A DNA stretch of 63,309 nucleotides, filler included, from Octopus bimaculoides (GCF_001194135.2; 6 parts of 5 records of this genome joined end to end with filler, not necessarily neighbours in it), one strand, 5' to 3'; counted from the whole stretch's first letter, positions 50,589-63,236 are shown. Notes: generated from the letters alone by a model not told the origin. Translations and numbers: made by a program.

Positions 50589-52395
50589 TATGTTTATGTC
50601 TGTATATATATGTGTATATATGCGTGTATGTGTGTATGTGTGTATGTATGTGGTTTTAAAATACAATGTAAATTGGGGTATTAATATTCTAATATATTTA
50701 CAAAATGTATATTAATAAATATGATTTTAGTTTTAAACAGACCACAAAAACATCAGCGGTTTTACAAGTATGACGTTAAAGATGCATTTCGTTATTTATT
50801 GGATTAAGCAACATGAGTCGTTCAAGTATATTCTGTTCAATTCATTGTTTTTTATTCTATTCTACATAATAACACAAATGTTGAAGGATCAGACTGTATA
50901 TATCAAATTTCCACTTATGAATTAAGTCAGTCGGGAAAAGATAATTTATAATGACTTCGAAATTAAATTTATATGTTTACCATAAACTCAAGAAAATCAA
51001 TATTGTAGCAGAGATTTCTAAGGACATTCCAGAACGTTAGTGCAATTTAATATTTACGTTCATCCATATAAATGTAAGTAAATGAAACAAGTTGTGTATA
51101 GCTTTAATAATTGTGTAATGTGTACCATAAATATTATTATAAATGATTGCATAAAGTGATGGCGCAGTAACATTAAATATCCGCCTGTAATAAAATACAT
51201 TGAAAGTATTTAGGTCTGTCGCGTTATTTATGAACAACAATATAATAACTATCTCGGTAGCGTTCAATATTACCAGAACCGAAAAATTCGATTTATATTT
51301 ACGTGATCGATACACAAATCACTACATGTACACAGCATATTGTGCAAGTATCTTTTGTAAAGAAGTTTTCCGGCGACAATGACTTGCGAATGAATTTGGT
51401 AGACATAAACTTAAAGAAGCTCGTTTGCATATATATATATTCTTTTACTCAGTTATTCTTTCTAAGCCTGGTTTTTATTGTATCGATGGTTTTGGCCGAA
51501 CCGCTATGTTATGGGACGTAAACACNNNNNNNNNNNNNNNNNNNNNNNNNNNNNNNNNNNNNNNNNNNNNNNNNNNNNNNNNNNNNNNNNNNNNNNNNNN
51601 NNNNNNNNNNNNNNNNNNNNNNNNNNNNNNNNNNNNNNNNNNNNNNNNNNNNNNNNNNNNNNNNNNNNNNNNNNNNNNNNNNNNNNNNNNNNNNNNNNNN
51701 NNNNNNNNNNNNNNNNNNNNNNNNNNNNNNNNNNNNNNNNNNNNNNNNNNNNNNNNNNNNNNNNNNNNNNNNNNNNNNNNNNNNNNNNNNNNNNNNNNNN
51801 NNNNNNNNNNNNNNNNNNNNNNNNNNNNNNNNNNNNNNNNNNNNNNNNNNNNNNNNNNNNNNNNNNNNNNNNNNNNNNNNNNNNNNNNNNNNNNNNNNNN
51901 NNNNNNNNNNNNNNNNNNNNNNNNNNNNNNNNNNNNNNNNNNNNNNNNNNNNNNNNNNNNNNNNNNNNNNNNNNNNNNNNNNNNNNNNNNNNNNNNNNNN
52001 NNNNNNNNNNNNNNNNNNNNNNNNNNNNNNNNNNNNNNNNNNNNNNNNNNNNNNNNNNNNNNNNNNNNNNNNNNNNNNNNNNNNNNNNNNNNNNNNNNNN
52101 NNNNNNNNNNNNNNNNNNNNNNNNNNNNNNNNNNNNNNNNNNNNNNNNNNNNNNNNNNNNNNNNNNNNNNNNNNNNNNNNNNNNNNNNNNNNNNNNNNNN
52201 NNNNNNNNNNNNNNNNNNNNNNNNNNNNNNNNNNNNNNNNNNNNNNNNNNNNNNNNNNNNNNNNNNNNNNNNNNNNNNNNNNNNNNNNNNNNNNNNNNNN
52301 NNNNNNNNNNNNNNNNNNNNNNNNNNNNNNNNNNNNNNNNNNNNNNNNNNNNNNNNNNNNNNNNNNNNNNNNNNNNNNNNNNNNNNNNNNNNNNG

Positions 52396-52444
<49 letters not shown>

Positions 52445-52629
52445 GTTTGCATATATATATATTCTTTTACTCAGTTATTCTTTCTAAGCCTGGTTTTTAT
52501 TGTATCGATGGTTTTGGCCGAACCGCTATGTTATGGGACGTAAACACACCAACAACGGTTGTTAAGTGATAGTGGGTGGACCAATACCGATTAGTATTGC
52601 TGAATATATTTTGCTGAAATTGCTGTTTC

Positions 52630-53457
52630 GTTTCAGATAGCATCAGAAAAAAGTAATTAAAATTCATTAAAATGACAGATCTATCAGACATTCATTAAAA
52701 TGACAGATCCATAAGACTTTCAAAGAGATGAAATTGTTGATGCTTGGATGGCAGGCGCTAGCGTAATGAAAACAGCAGAAACATTTGGTGTATCAAGAAG
52801 TACTGTCTCGAGAGTAATAACAGCCTTTGAGAAAGAGGGAAAAACACCTCCTCGTCGAAACGAAACACCGGAAAAAAACCCAAACTTTCAGATAGGGAGC
52901 GGCGGACACTTACATTTGACCCAGACTGCCATCTTCCAACTGTTAAACATGGAGGATGATCTGTGGTGATCTGGGGTGGGGGCTATATCTTGGAAATCCA
53001 CCGGCCCAATGGTTTCACTTCATGGCAGAATGAATAGTCAACTTTATTTAAACATTTCATTTGATCAAATTCATCCTATGGATGTAGAACTGTTTCCGGA
53101 AGGAAAATCAATATTTCAAGATGATAATGTACCAATTCACACAGCTCAAGTTGTTACTGAATGGTACGAAGAACATTCTATTGAAGTTGAATATCTTATC
53201 TGGCCACCACAAGCCCCGGGTCTCGATGTTATTGAACATTTATGGTGCATTTTAGAAAAACAAGTAAGGGGTCAATATTCTCCACCATCATCACTACAAG
53301 AACTGGAGACTGTTTTAGCTGAAGAATGGACAAAATTTCCTTTGGAAGCAATTCCAACTTTGTACGAGTCCACACCTAGTAGAATTCAAACTGTACTACC
53401 CCATATTGAAATTAATTTATTTGAAATTTTAAGTTGTTTCCATTAATTTGTCTAACC

Positions 53458-53461
<4 letters not shown>
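52630..53461 (+). mobile_element. Internally deleted Tc1-like element with D-x36-E spacing and 3' TIR
   Basis: MTDLSDFQR...MAGASVMKTAETFGVSRSTVS, then WGAISW...FQDDN...IEHLW; TIR end TTTCCATTAATTTGTCTAACCTCTG plus TA; 28-bp duplication of the start-codon region (52662-52717). Confidence 0.88.
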
Positions 53462-53488
<27 letters not shown>

Positions 53489-53594
53489 NNNNNNNNNNNN
53501 NNNNNNNNNNNNNNNNNNNNNNNNNNNNNNNNTTAATTAATTAANNNNNNNNNNNNNNNNNNNNNNNNNNNNNNNNNNNNNNNNNNNNAAAGAA

Positions 53595-53630
<36 letters not shown>

Positions 53631-53650
53631 TATGTGTCTGTGTGTGTGTA

Positions 53651-53681
<31 letters not shown>

Positions 53682-53852
53682 GTATGTATGTATGTATGTA
53701 TGCATGTATGTATATATGTAGGTAGGTACATATACACAGTATATGTGTATGTGTGTGAGTGTGTGTGTGTGAAGATAGATAGATAGATAGATAGATAGAT
53801 TGATTGATTGATAGAAAAACAGACGACAGACAGAAAGGCAGACGACAGATAC

Positions 53853-53913
<61 letters not shown>

Positions 53914-53942
53914 AATACATGCGTGCGTATGCATATATAGAT

Positions 53943-54164
53943 CAGTGCTCTGCAACTGGTATGCTACGGCACACTGGTATGCTACGGCACACTGGTATGC
54001 TACGGAACACTGGTGTGCCAGGAGACGATGCTAGGTGTGCCGCAGTGTAACCGGAATATAAGTTCTTCTCCTATACTTTTAGGTATATTTTTACCCCAGG
54101 AGTGCCGCTGAATATTGAAAAGAATATAAGTAAACGGCAAGTGAAAAAAGATTGCGAAGCACTG
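53943..54164. mobile_element. hAT (Charlie-type) MITE, 222 bp
   Basis: TIR CAGTGCTCTGCAA / TTGCGAAGCACTG; 8-bp TSD ATATAGAT / ACATAGAT; internal 18-bp repeat x3. Confidence 0.85.
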
Positions 54165-54469
54165 ACATAGATATGTACGTGTAAAAATGTGCGCGCACGT
54201 ATGTCTGTGAATTATATTATATTTATATTATATTTATATATATTTATATGTATGTACATATGTTTATATATGTGCACATTATATTGAAACTCAACGCTTC
54301 AGTTTCAATAAAAGAAACATTCTCTACATGTATTGAGCACTCCTTGCGCATTCGTTCGACACTAAGCAAAGAACGTACCTGTGTATGCGTGTGTGTGTGC
54401 GTGCGTGTGTATATATATTTATACATGTGTCTGTGTTGATGTGTGTGTTTGTATATATAATTATGTACA

Positions 54470-55055
<586 letters not shown>

Positions 55056-55680
55056 TGTAAATTTTCCAAGCTATTTCTGAAATGTGTTACCTAGCAACCG
55101 AAATGAGTTAGATGACCTGTCCTGGTTGGGTTCTAAATGTTGTTATTTCAAAATTTGAAATCCAGACAAGATCTTTTAATATATATTCTTAGATTGTTTT
55201 TAACCCATGCTGAGTTTGAATCTGCGTAAGCTTCTACAATTTATCAGTAGTCTATAGTTCTGTATATATGTATATGTGAGTGTGCATGTGTGTGTGTGTG
55301 TATGTGTGTGTGTGACTACGAGAGCGTGTGTGCCTGTGTGTGTGTACATGTGTTTATGAGTAAGTGCGTGCGTCTGTGTATATGTAAGTTTCCGTTCGTA
55401 TTTATTTGTATTGATGTTGTTGTGCGTCAAACACACACGTAAAAACATATACAGAGCTATATATTACATAAATTTAGCCATGATATACATAGGCATATGT
55501 GTATGTGTTAAGTATGCATGTATATATATGTGTGTGTATGTGTGTGTATACTTATATGTGTGAGTTTATGTGTGTTGCCTGTATGTATGCACGTATCTGT
55601 GTGTGTGTGTGTGTGTATGTGTGTGTGTACGGTTGACCCAAATGAAGCAAAGATCATTCCAGCAGACACGCTCAACACAT

Positions 55681-56117
55681 GTAAGTTCCGCTCTGGTCTA
55701 AAATTGCATTTAAATATCCAGAAATAAGACAAGATAAACGACACTGCGCCACTTGAGGTGTGACATATTTTGTATTGTTTGTAATGCCAATTCCAACCAG
55801 CTCTCTGGACACAAAAGCTACCTCCGTGCTCATGCAGAGAAGCTGCACATATAACAAGAACTGGTTTAGCTTTGGAGAGGAACAGACGGTTTCTTTATCT
55901 TTTATCTTTTATATTTACTTATTTCTGTCATTAGATTGCGGCCATGCTGGGGCACCGCCTTGATGAATTTTTAGTCGAATATATCAACACTTTTTTTTTT
56001 TTGTTTGTTAAGCCTGATACCTCTTTGTCGAACTGCTATATTACGGGAGAATAAACACGCCAACACCGGTTGTCAAGCGGTAGTGGGGGACGAACACGCA
56101 CACACACACACACACAG

Positions 56118-56172
<55 letters not shown>

Positions 56173-56440
56173 CGACAGGCTTCTTTCAGTTTCCGTCTAG
56201 CAAATTCACTCACAAGGCCTTGGTCAACATGAGGCTATAGTTAAAGACTATAGTTAAAGACACTTGCCCAAGGTGTAACGCAGTGGGACTGAGCCCGGAT
56301 CCATGTGGCTAGGAAACAAGCTTCTTACCACACAGCTACGCCTGCGCACTGATTGTAATGCAAATTTCAAACACCTCCCGTGACTCAAAAGTCACAGACA
56401 TGCTCATGCAGAGAAAATGCACATACAACAAGAAGTGGCA
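55681..56440 (+). pseudogene. Decayed C2H2 zinc-finger-like repeats split by a SINE
   Basis: CIVCNANSNQLSGHKSYLRAH (55771-55833) and xTDCNANFKHLP*LKSHRHAH (56345-56407); a third partial finger at about 55680-55721. Confidence 0.55.
55893..56347 (-). mobile_element. SINE family A, full length, with expanded internal (TG)n
   Basis: Reverse copy inserted between zinc-finger relics. Other partial A copies at about 3699-3822, 7065-7270, 15085-15210, 46731-46873, 51437-51525, 52458-52590 and 57745-57890. Confidence 0.85.
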
Positions 56441-56489
56441 AGGCTTTGAATAGTAACATACTGTTTCTTTGTATGCATTACTATGCATA

Positions 56490-57390
56490 TACAAGAATCA
56501 CCCCGCGTAAATATTGTCTGACACTACCTTTCTATAGCACGACGAAGATGTTTATAAATCATTCTTCGAAACGGCTCTTAATCATCCTCAACTTATTTGA
56601 ACACCAAATCAGAAGTAAATGAAATATTGCGTAACCTTTGATAGATCTTCAAAGTTCATATTCATCTACAACATTCCTTCTCAGAAGAAGCGTCAGACAA
56701 TTTGTGGAACCTTTAAATTTTTTAGCATTCATTTTCCTTTTTAGCGTTCATTAAGTTCTGACAGGTATGAACTTCCAGAAAACTGCAGTTTTATCAACAC
56801 TATATACTTGCTTGATTGTGTAGCTCCCTCTGGCAGTTATTTTTTCTGTTGTTCTACTGCTCAGAATGATTAATAGCAGCCTCTGTATCCTCACTGGCAA
56901 CTTAACTAATCCTTTTTATGTTGTGCAAATGAATTTACTCAGCATAAAAATGACTAATGAAATTGCCAGTTGCGAGTGAATCTTTTCTGGCTAGTAAAGG
57001 CTGGTTTGAAAGTCTTAAGACTTTCAAGCCAACCTTTATTAGCCAGAAAATATTTTTCATTAAATGTTTCATACAAACTTTTGAACTCTTAAGTTGTCAT
57101 CGTCCTTAACTGAACATTACATCGTATCTGATCCACGACCCATACACAAAAGAGCCGTTCTATTTTAAGCATCACATTTGATTCGGAGTAACTTCTTGAG
57201 CATTTGACATAATTTTCTCTCTATTGACACGTATATTACTCTCACGTAGACTTTGCAAGCTTTAATGCTTTGACAATGTGGCTTATTTTCCCCTCAACTT
57301 CAGGCCTTTTTAAAAGTCAAGTTTATTAACCACTGTAATCGGCTAGGGTTCTTTTTCGCACAACCCTCGGTTTCACTTGATGGCATCTTT
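56490..57390 (-). mobile_element. Tigger/pogo transposase relic
   Basis: CENP-B-type HTH ending FLANKGWLE, then LHNIK, YTIKQVYSVDKTAVFWK, CLTLLL and LFEE*FINIF, across frameshifts. Confidence 0.82.
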
Positions 57391-57906
57391 ACATGATGGT
57401 AGAGTTAGTTGTATTGGTTTTGATGGTGGCAATGGTCACATTGTTCTCGGTAAGTGCATTGTTGTTGCTGTTAAGTCTCAAATCAAAAAAACCTATCGAA
57501 CTAATATCAAAGATATTTCATTCAAGTTTTAAAATACATTTAGGTACAACATTATCTAATGTGATTGTCTTTTATTTTAGATGGAACAGAATATTTTGTT
57601 CATACTATTGTTGGTGTTCTTGTTGACCATAATAAAAGTGGGTGAGTTGCAACTGTGGTGGTTATATTGGTTTTGGAGTTGATGTTGCTTCTATTGGTGT
57701 TGGTAAAACATAGAAGTGGTGGTAAAGGTTGGTTTATATATATATATCTTTGCTTCACAAACATCTGATTACAGGTTCAGTCCAACTGCATGGCACCTGG
57801 GGTAAGCGTCTTCTACAATAGCCTCGGGTAGACCAAAGTCTTGTGCGTAGATTGGGTTGACGGAAACTGAAAGAAGTCCGTCGTATATATGTATATATAT
57901 ATATAT

Positions 57907-57949
<43 letters not shown>

Positions 57950-58637
57950 NNNNNNNNNNNNNNNNNNNNNNNNNNNNNNNNNNNNNNNNNNNNNNNNNNN
58001 NNNNNNNNNNNNNNNNNNNNNNNNNNNNNNNNNNNNNNNNNNNNNNNNNNNNNNNNNNNNNNNNNNNNNNNNNNNNNNNNNNNNNNNNNNNNNNNNNNNN
58101 NNNNNNNNNNNNNNNNNNNNNNNNNNNNNNNNNNNNNNNNNNNNNNNNNNNNNNNNNNNNNNNNNNNNNNNNNNNNNNNNNNNNNNNNNNNNNNNNNNNN
58201 NNNNNNNNNNNNNNNNNNNNNNNNNNNNNNNNNNNNNNNNNNNNNNNNNNNNNNNNNNNNNNNNNNNNNNNNNNNNNNNNNNNNNNNNNNNNNNNNNNNN
58301 NNNNNNNNNNNNNNNNNNNNNNNNNNNNNNNNNNNNNNNNNNNNNNNNNNNNNNNNNNNNNNNNNNNNNNNNNNNNNNNNNNNNNNNNNNNNNNNNNNNN
58401 NNNNNNNNNNNNNNNNNNNNNNNNNNNNNNNNNNNNNNNNNNNNNNNNNNNNNNNNNNNNNNNNNNNNNNNNNNNNNNNNNNNNNNNNNNNNNNNNNNNN
58501 NNNNNNNNNNNNNNNNNNNNNNNNNNNNNNNNNNNNNNNCAACAAGAATATAGTTCTATTTTAAGAGATGAGGAATTGCGTACATTATTTACATTATTTA
58601 CATTTGACGGATCTTTGTCCTCATCATATTTGTTGTT

Positions 58638-58683
58638 AACACAACGTTTCGGCTGATATACCCTCCAGCCTTCTTCAGGTGTC
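58638..58683 (-). ncRNA. Minimal type I hammerhead ribozyme motif in Penelope-like terminal repeat
   Basis: gacac-CUGAAGA-a-GGCUG(gagggUauau)CAGCC-GAAAC-GUU-guguu; palindromic ACGU stem III; stem I 5 bp with one G-U pair. Confidence 0.75.
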
Positions 58684-59286
58684 TTGGGGAAATTTCTCAT
58701 TCCTAAGGTTTTTCGATGTTATTATTATTATCATTGTTGTTGTTGTTCAGGTCACTGCTTGGAATCGAACTCAGAATCTTGAAGTTAGTAGCCCGCGCTC
58801 TTAACCACTACGCTACATGCCCGTGGGCAATAATGTAGTGAATTTTAGGGCTTATAAATCTAATATTTTTCTATCCTTCCTTAATACCGGTTCCCATATG
58901 CTACTCATATCTGCACTCGGTCTGCTTAGGAGGTTATTATGTGCTACTTCTTTTAGTTTTCGTATTTTCCAGTGGTGTTCCCTGTCTATTATTTTAACTT
59001 CATCCCACAGAGGGAGGTGGTCTCCATTTTTCCATACATGATTAGCTATACCCGATTTATCAATATCTCCTCGTGTCACAGCTTTGCGATGTTCGTCTAC
59101 CCTTATTTTTAGGGGGCGGCAAGTTTCACCTTTGTATAACTTACCACAGCTGCGTGGGATGGAGTATACCCCATGATTCCGAATTCGATTCCAAGCAGTG
59201 ACCTGAACAACAACAACAACAATAATAATAATAATAACATCGAAAAATACCTTAGGAATGAGAACCCAGGCTGGAAATTTCCCTAA

Positions 59287-59332
59287 GACACCTGAAGAAG
59301 GCTGGAGGGTATATCAGCCGAAACGTTGTGTT
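59287..59332 (+). ncRNA. Minimal type I hammerhead ribozyme motif, identical inverted copy
   Basis: Same 46 nt as 58638-58683 on the opposite strand. Confidence 0.75.
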
Positions 59333-59715
59333 AACAACAAACAAGATGAGAACAAATATCCGTCAAATGTAAATAATGTACATAATTCCTCATCTCTTAG
59401 TTTTAGAACTGTATCAGAACGTAAAGATGGACGAAATGTCGCTTAGCATTTTACCCAGCAAACTAACGATTCTACCGTTCGCCGTCGAATATGTAATAAT
59501 ATAAATAATTTAAATAAGGTAAAAGGAGAAGTTAGACGAAAGCAGAGCAAATGGGAAACTAGATGAAAATTTAACGGACAGGAGATTAGACAAAGACACG
59601 ATACATGGAATATTCGTAGCTGAGTTTTCCGCGTCAGTCAAATATATATATACATATATATATAACGATAATTGATTAAGTAACCAGAAAATTGATTTGA
59701 TATTAATCTTTATTT

Positions 59716-59821
59716 TGTACAACGATTGTTTCGACTCATCCTGTTACTGTCCCTTATGGGTGGGAATCCGTTCAACTTGTTGTGTTGCATCCATTTTGTA
59801 GTTTGAGTCTCATCAGGTACA
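59716..59821 (-). ncRNA. Type I hammerhead ribozyme motif with a long stem II insert
   Basis: uguac-CUGAUGA-GACUCA-[65 nt]-UGAGUC-GAAAC(aauc)GUU-guaca: perfect core, 6-bp stem II, 5-bp stem I. Confidence 0.72.
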
Positions 59822-60229
59822 GCCATACATAAAGTTGTGTCTCGCTAAAGATACTGAGTTTAGGCTGCCATGTTGTTATATGCCTGTCTGCTTAGGGAAT
59901 AAATACATACATACACACATACATACATAAATACCTACATACATACATGCATACATACAAACATATATGTGTGTGTGTATGTGTATATATATTATATGTA
60001 TATATTATGTATATATATACACATATACATACATACATACATAATTACCATATTTACAGGTATGTATAAATTATAATTTATCTATTATATATATACATAT
60101 ATATACACATACATACATACATACATACATACATACATACATACATACACACACACAATTACATACATGAACATATATACACACACTCACGCAGATATAC
60201 ATATAAACGCAGACACAATCACACACACA

Positions 60230-60285
<56 letters not shown>

Positions 60286-61121
60286 ACTCTAATAATTTAC
60301 GTTCTTGTAATTTTATATAAGTATATTAGACGTTGCAGACGACCAATCCTTCCTCATTAGTCAAAAGAGATCTTAATATAACTGTTGCCTCCAAGGAGAC
60401 ATTTATAATCATAAACGGTCTAGAATACGTTGCTCATGTTAATCGGACCTTCTGTTAGAAAACTGGAATGGATGTTAATTTTTCTTTAAATTTTGGTTAA
60501 TGAGTCGATAACTTCCTGTGCATTTCGACTTCTTTTTTTTTTTTAATACTAATTTAAAAACTAAATCAAATAGCACCATTCGATATTAACTGTACAAATA
60601 TTCTAAGAATAAGGGAAAGAAATTCTTAGAAGAGAATATAGAATGTTTGAGATGTAGAGGATGTATGTATGTATGTATGTATGTATGTATGTATGTATGT
60701 ATGTATGTATGTGTGTGTATGTATGTGCGTGTGTATATATGTATGTATGTGTGTGTGAATGCATGTATGTATATATGCATGTGTGTATGTATGTATATCT
60801 ATATATATAAAGATGAGAATGCGTGTCTGTCTGTCTGCCTGTCTGCCTGTCTGTCTGTCTGTGTGAATCCCTAAAACTCGAGAACTACGCAACCAATTTC
60901 ATTCAAATTTTACACATGCCTTACTTAGGGTTCCAGTTGTGTTTTAGTCAAAAAAAATTATTAGCTTCTTGTAAAGTTCGAGCACACGGCAACATAATAT
61001 CTCCTCCACTATTTAANNNNNNNNNNNNNNNNNNNNNNNNNNNNNNNNNNNNNNNNNNNNTTAATTAATTAANNNNNNNNNNNNNNNNNNNNNNNNNNNN
61101 NNNNNNNNNNNNNNNNATTTA

Positions 61122-61156
<35 letters not shown>

Positions 61157-61269
61157 TTATTTATTTTATTTATGTATATTTATTTATTTTTATATTCATT
61201 TATATATATATATATATATTTATTTATTTACATATTCATTTATATATATATTTATTTATATATATTTAT

Positions 61270-63110
61270 TTGCGAAGAAACGAGCGAACGAACGTACGTA
61301 CATACGTACGTAGAAACGACTGAACGAAAGTACGTATGGACGAACGAGCCTACAAACGAACGAAAGGACGAACGTACGAACGAAAGAACGATTGAACGAA
61401 CGAACGTTCTATCGAAAGTACAAACGAACGTACGAAGGAACGAACGAACGTGCGTACGTACGTACGTAGGAAATAACGAAAGAACGTACGAACGAATGAA
61501 TGAATGAACGAACGAACGAACGAACAAACATACGTACGCACGTACGAAGGAACGAACGAACGTATTACGTAGGCAGGAAAGAACGAATGAACGTACGAAC
61601 GAACGAACGAACGAAAGTACGTATGAAGGAACGTACGTACGAACGAACAAACAAACGAATAAACGTACGTACGTACTTACGACCAAACGAACGAACGAAC
61701 GTACGTAGGAAGGAAGGAACGAAAAAACGAATGTACAAACGTACGAATGATGGAACGAACGTACTTACGTACGTACGTAAGTACGAAGGAACGTACATAT
61801 ATACGTACGTACGAACGATTCAACAAACGTACGTACGTAGGCAGGAAATAACGAAAGAACGGACGTAGGAAAGAACGTACGTACGTATTACGTAGGCAGG
61901 AATTAACGAAAGAACGTACGTACGAACGAAGAAACGAACGAACGTACGTATGTACGAACGAACGTACTTACGTATTACGTTGGTAGGAAATAACGAAAGA
62001 ACGTACGTACTTACGAACGTGCGAACGAACGTACTTATGAACGAACGAACGAACGTACGTACGTGCGAACGAACGTACTTACGTAAGTACGAACGAACGT
62101 ACATATATACGTACGTACGAAGGATTGAAGTAACGAACGTACGTAGCAGGAAGGAAATAACGAAAGAGCGTACGTACGTACGTATGAACGTTCGAACGAA
62201 CGTACGTACGTATGTACGAACGAATGAAAGAACAAACGCATGTACGTAAGTACAAACGAACGTACATATACACGTACGTACGTACGAACGATTGAAGAAA
62301 CGAACGTACGTAAGCAGGAAGGAAATAACGAAAGAACGCACGTACGAACGTACGTACGTACGCAGGGAAGAAATAACGAAAGAACGTACGTACGTACGAA
62401 CGAACGAACGAACGAACGAACGAACGAACAATCGAACGAATTCAAGATCGAACGTACTTACGTAAGAACGAACGAAATAACGAACGATCGTACGCACGTA
62501 CGTACGTATGAATGAGCGAAAGACCGAACGAACGTACATACGTACGTGTGAACGAACGAACGAACGTACGTACGAACGAACAATCGAACGAATTGAAGAA
62601 CGAACGTACTTACGTAAGCATGAACGAACGAATTAACGAACGATCGTACGCGCGTACGTACGAAGGAACTAACGAAAGAACGAACGAACGTACGTACGTA
62701 CGTAGTTACGTTCGTACGTACGAACGAACATACGTGGGTACGTACGTTCGTACGAACACACGAACAAACGAACGAACGTACATACTTACGTACGTAGGAA
62801 CGACTGAACGAACGTACGTACGTACGAATGGACGAACGAACGAACGAAAGAACGAACGTACGTACATACGTACGTAGAAACGACTGAACGAACGAACGAA
62901 GGAACAAAAGAACGAACGAACAATGGAAAGTACGTACATACGTACGTACGAACGAACGAAGGAACAAACGAACGTACGAACGTGCATACGTACGTAGGTA
63001 GGAAATAACGAAAGAACGTACGAACGAATGAGTGAACGAACGAACGAACATACGTACGTAAGAACGTACGAACGAACGAACAAACATACGTACGTACGTA
63101 AGAACGAACG
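61270..63110. repeat. Degenerate (ACGA)n/(ACGT)n satellite with higher-order units
   Basis: 1.8 kb tetramer array; recurring GGAAATAACGAAAGAACG block. Confidence 0.92.
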
Positions 63111-63166
63111 AATATATATATATTTATTTATATATATATTTACTTATACATATTTATTTAATTATT

Positions 63167-63199
<33 letters not shown>

Positions 63200-63202
63200 A
63201 TT

Positions 63203-63236
<34 letters not shown>

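Larger units (their letters stand above)
58541..59413 (-). mobile_element. 5'-truncated Penelope-like element: GIY-YIG remnant flanked by inverted terminal repeats
   Basis: 59174->58852 reads GVYSIPRSCGKLYKGETCRPLKIRVDEHRKAVTRGDIDKSGIANHVW...LWDEVKIIDREHHWKIRKLKE (Penelope GIY-YIG pattern). Repeats at 58541-58830 (-) and 59175-59413 (+). Confidence 0.85.

Noticed and set aside
51037-51315. 92-aa hydrophobic ORF with several N-x-S/T sequons
   Set aside because: I/N/F/Y bias is expected from very AT-rich DNA; no motif or consistent splice partner.
58750-58822. tRNA gene; also the heads of SINE families A, B and C
   Set aside because: A/B boxes are present but the acceptor stem does not pair and each runs into a repeat body.
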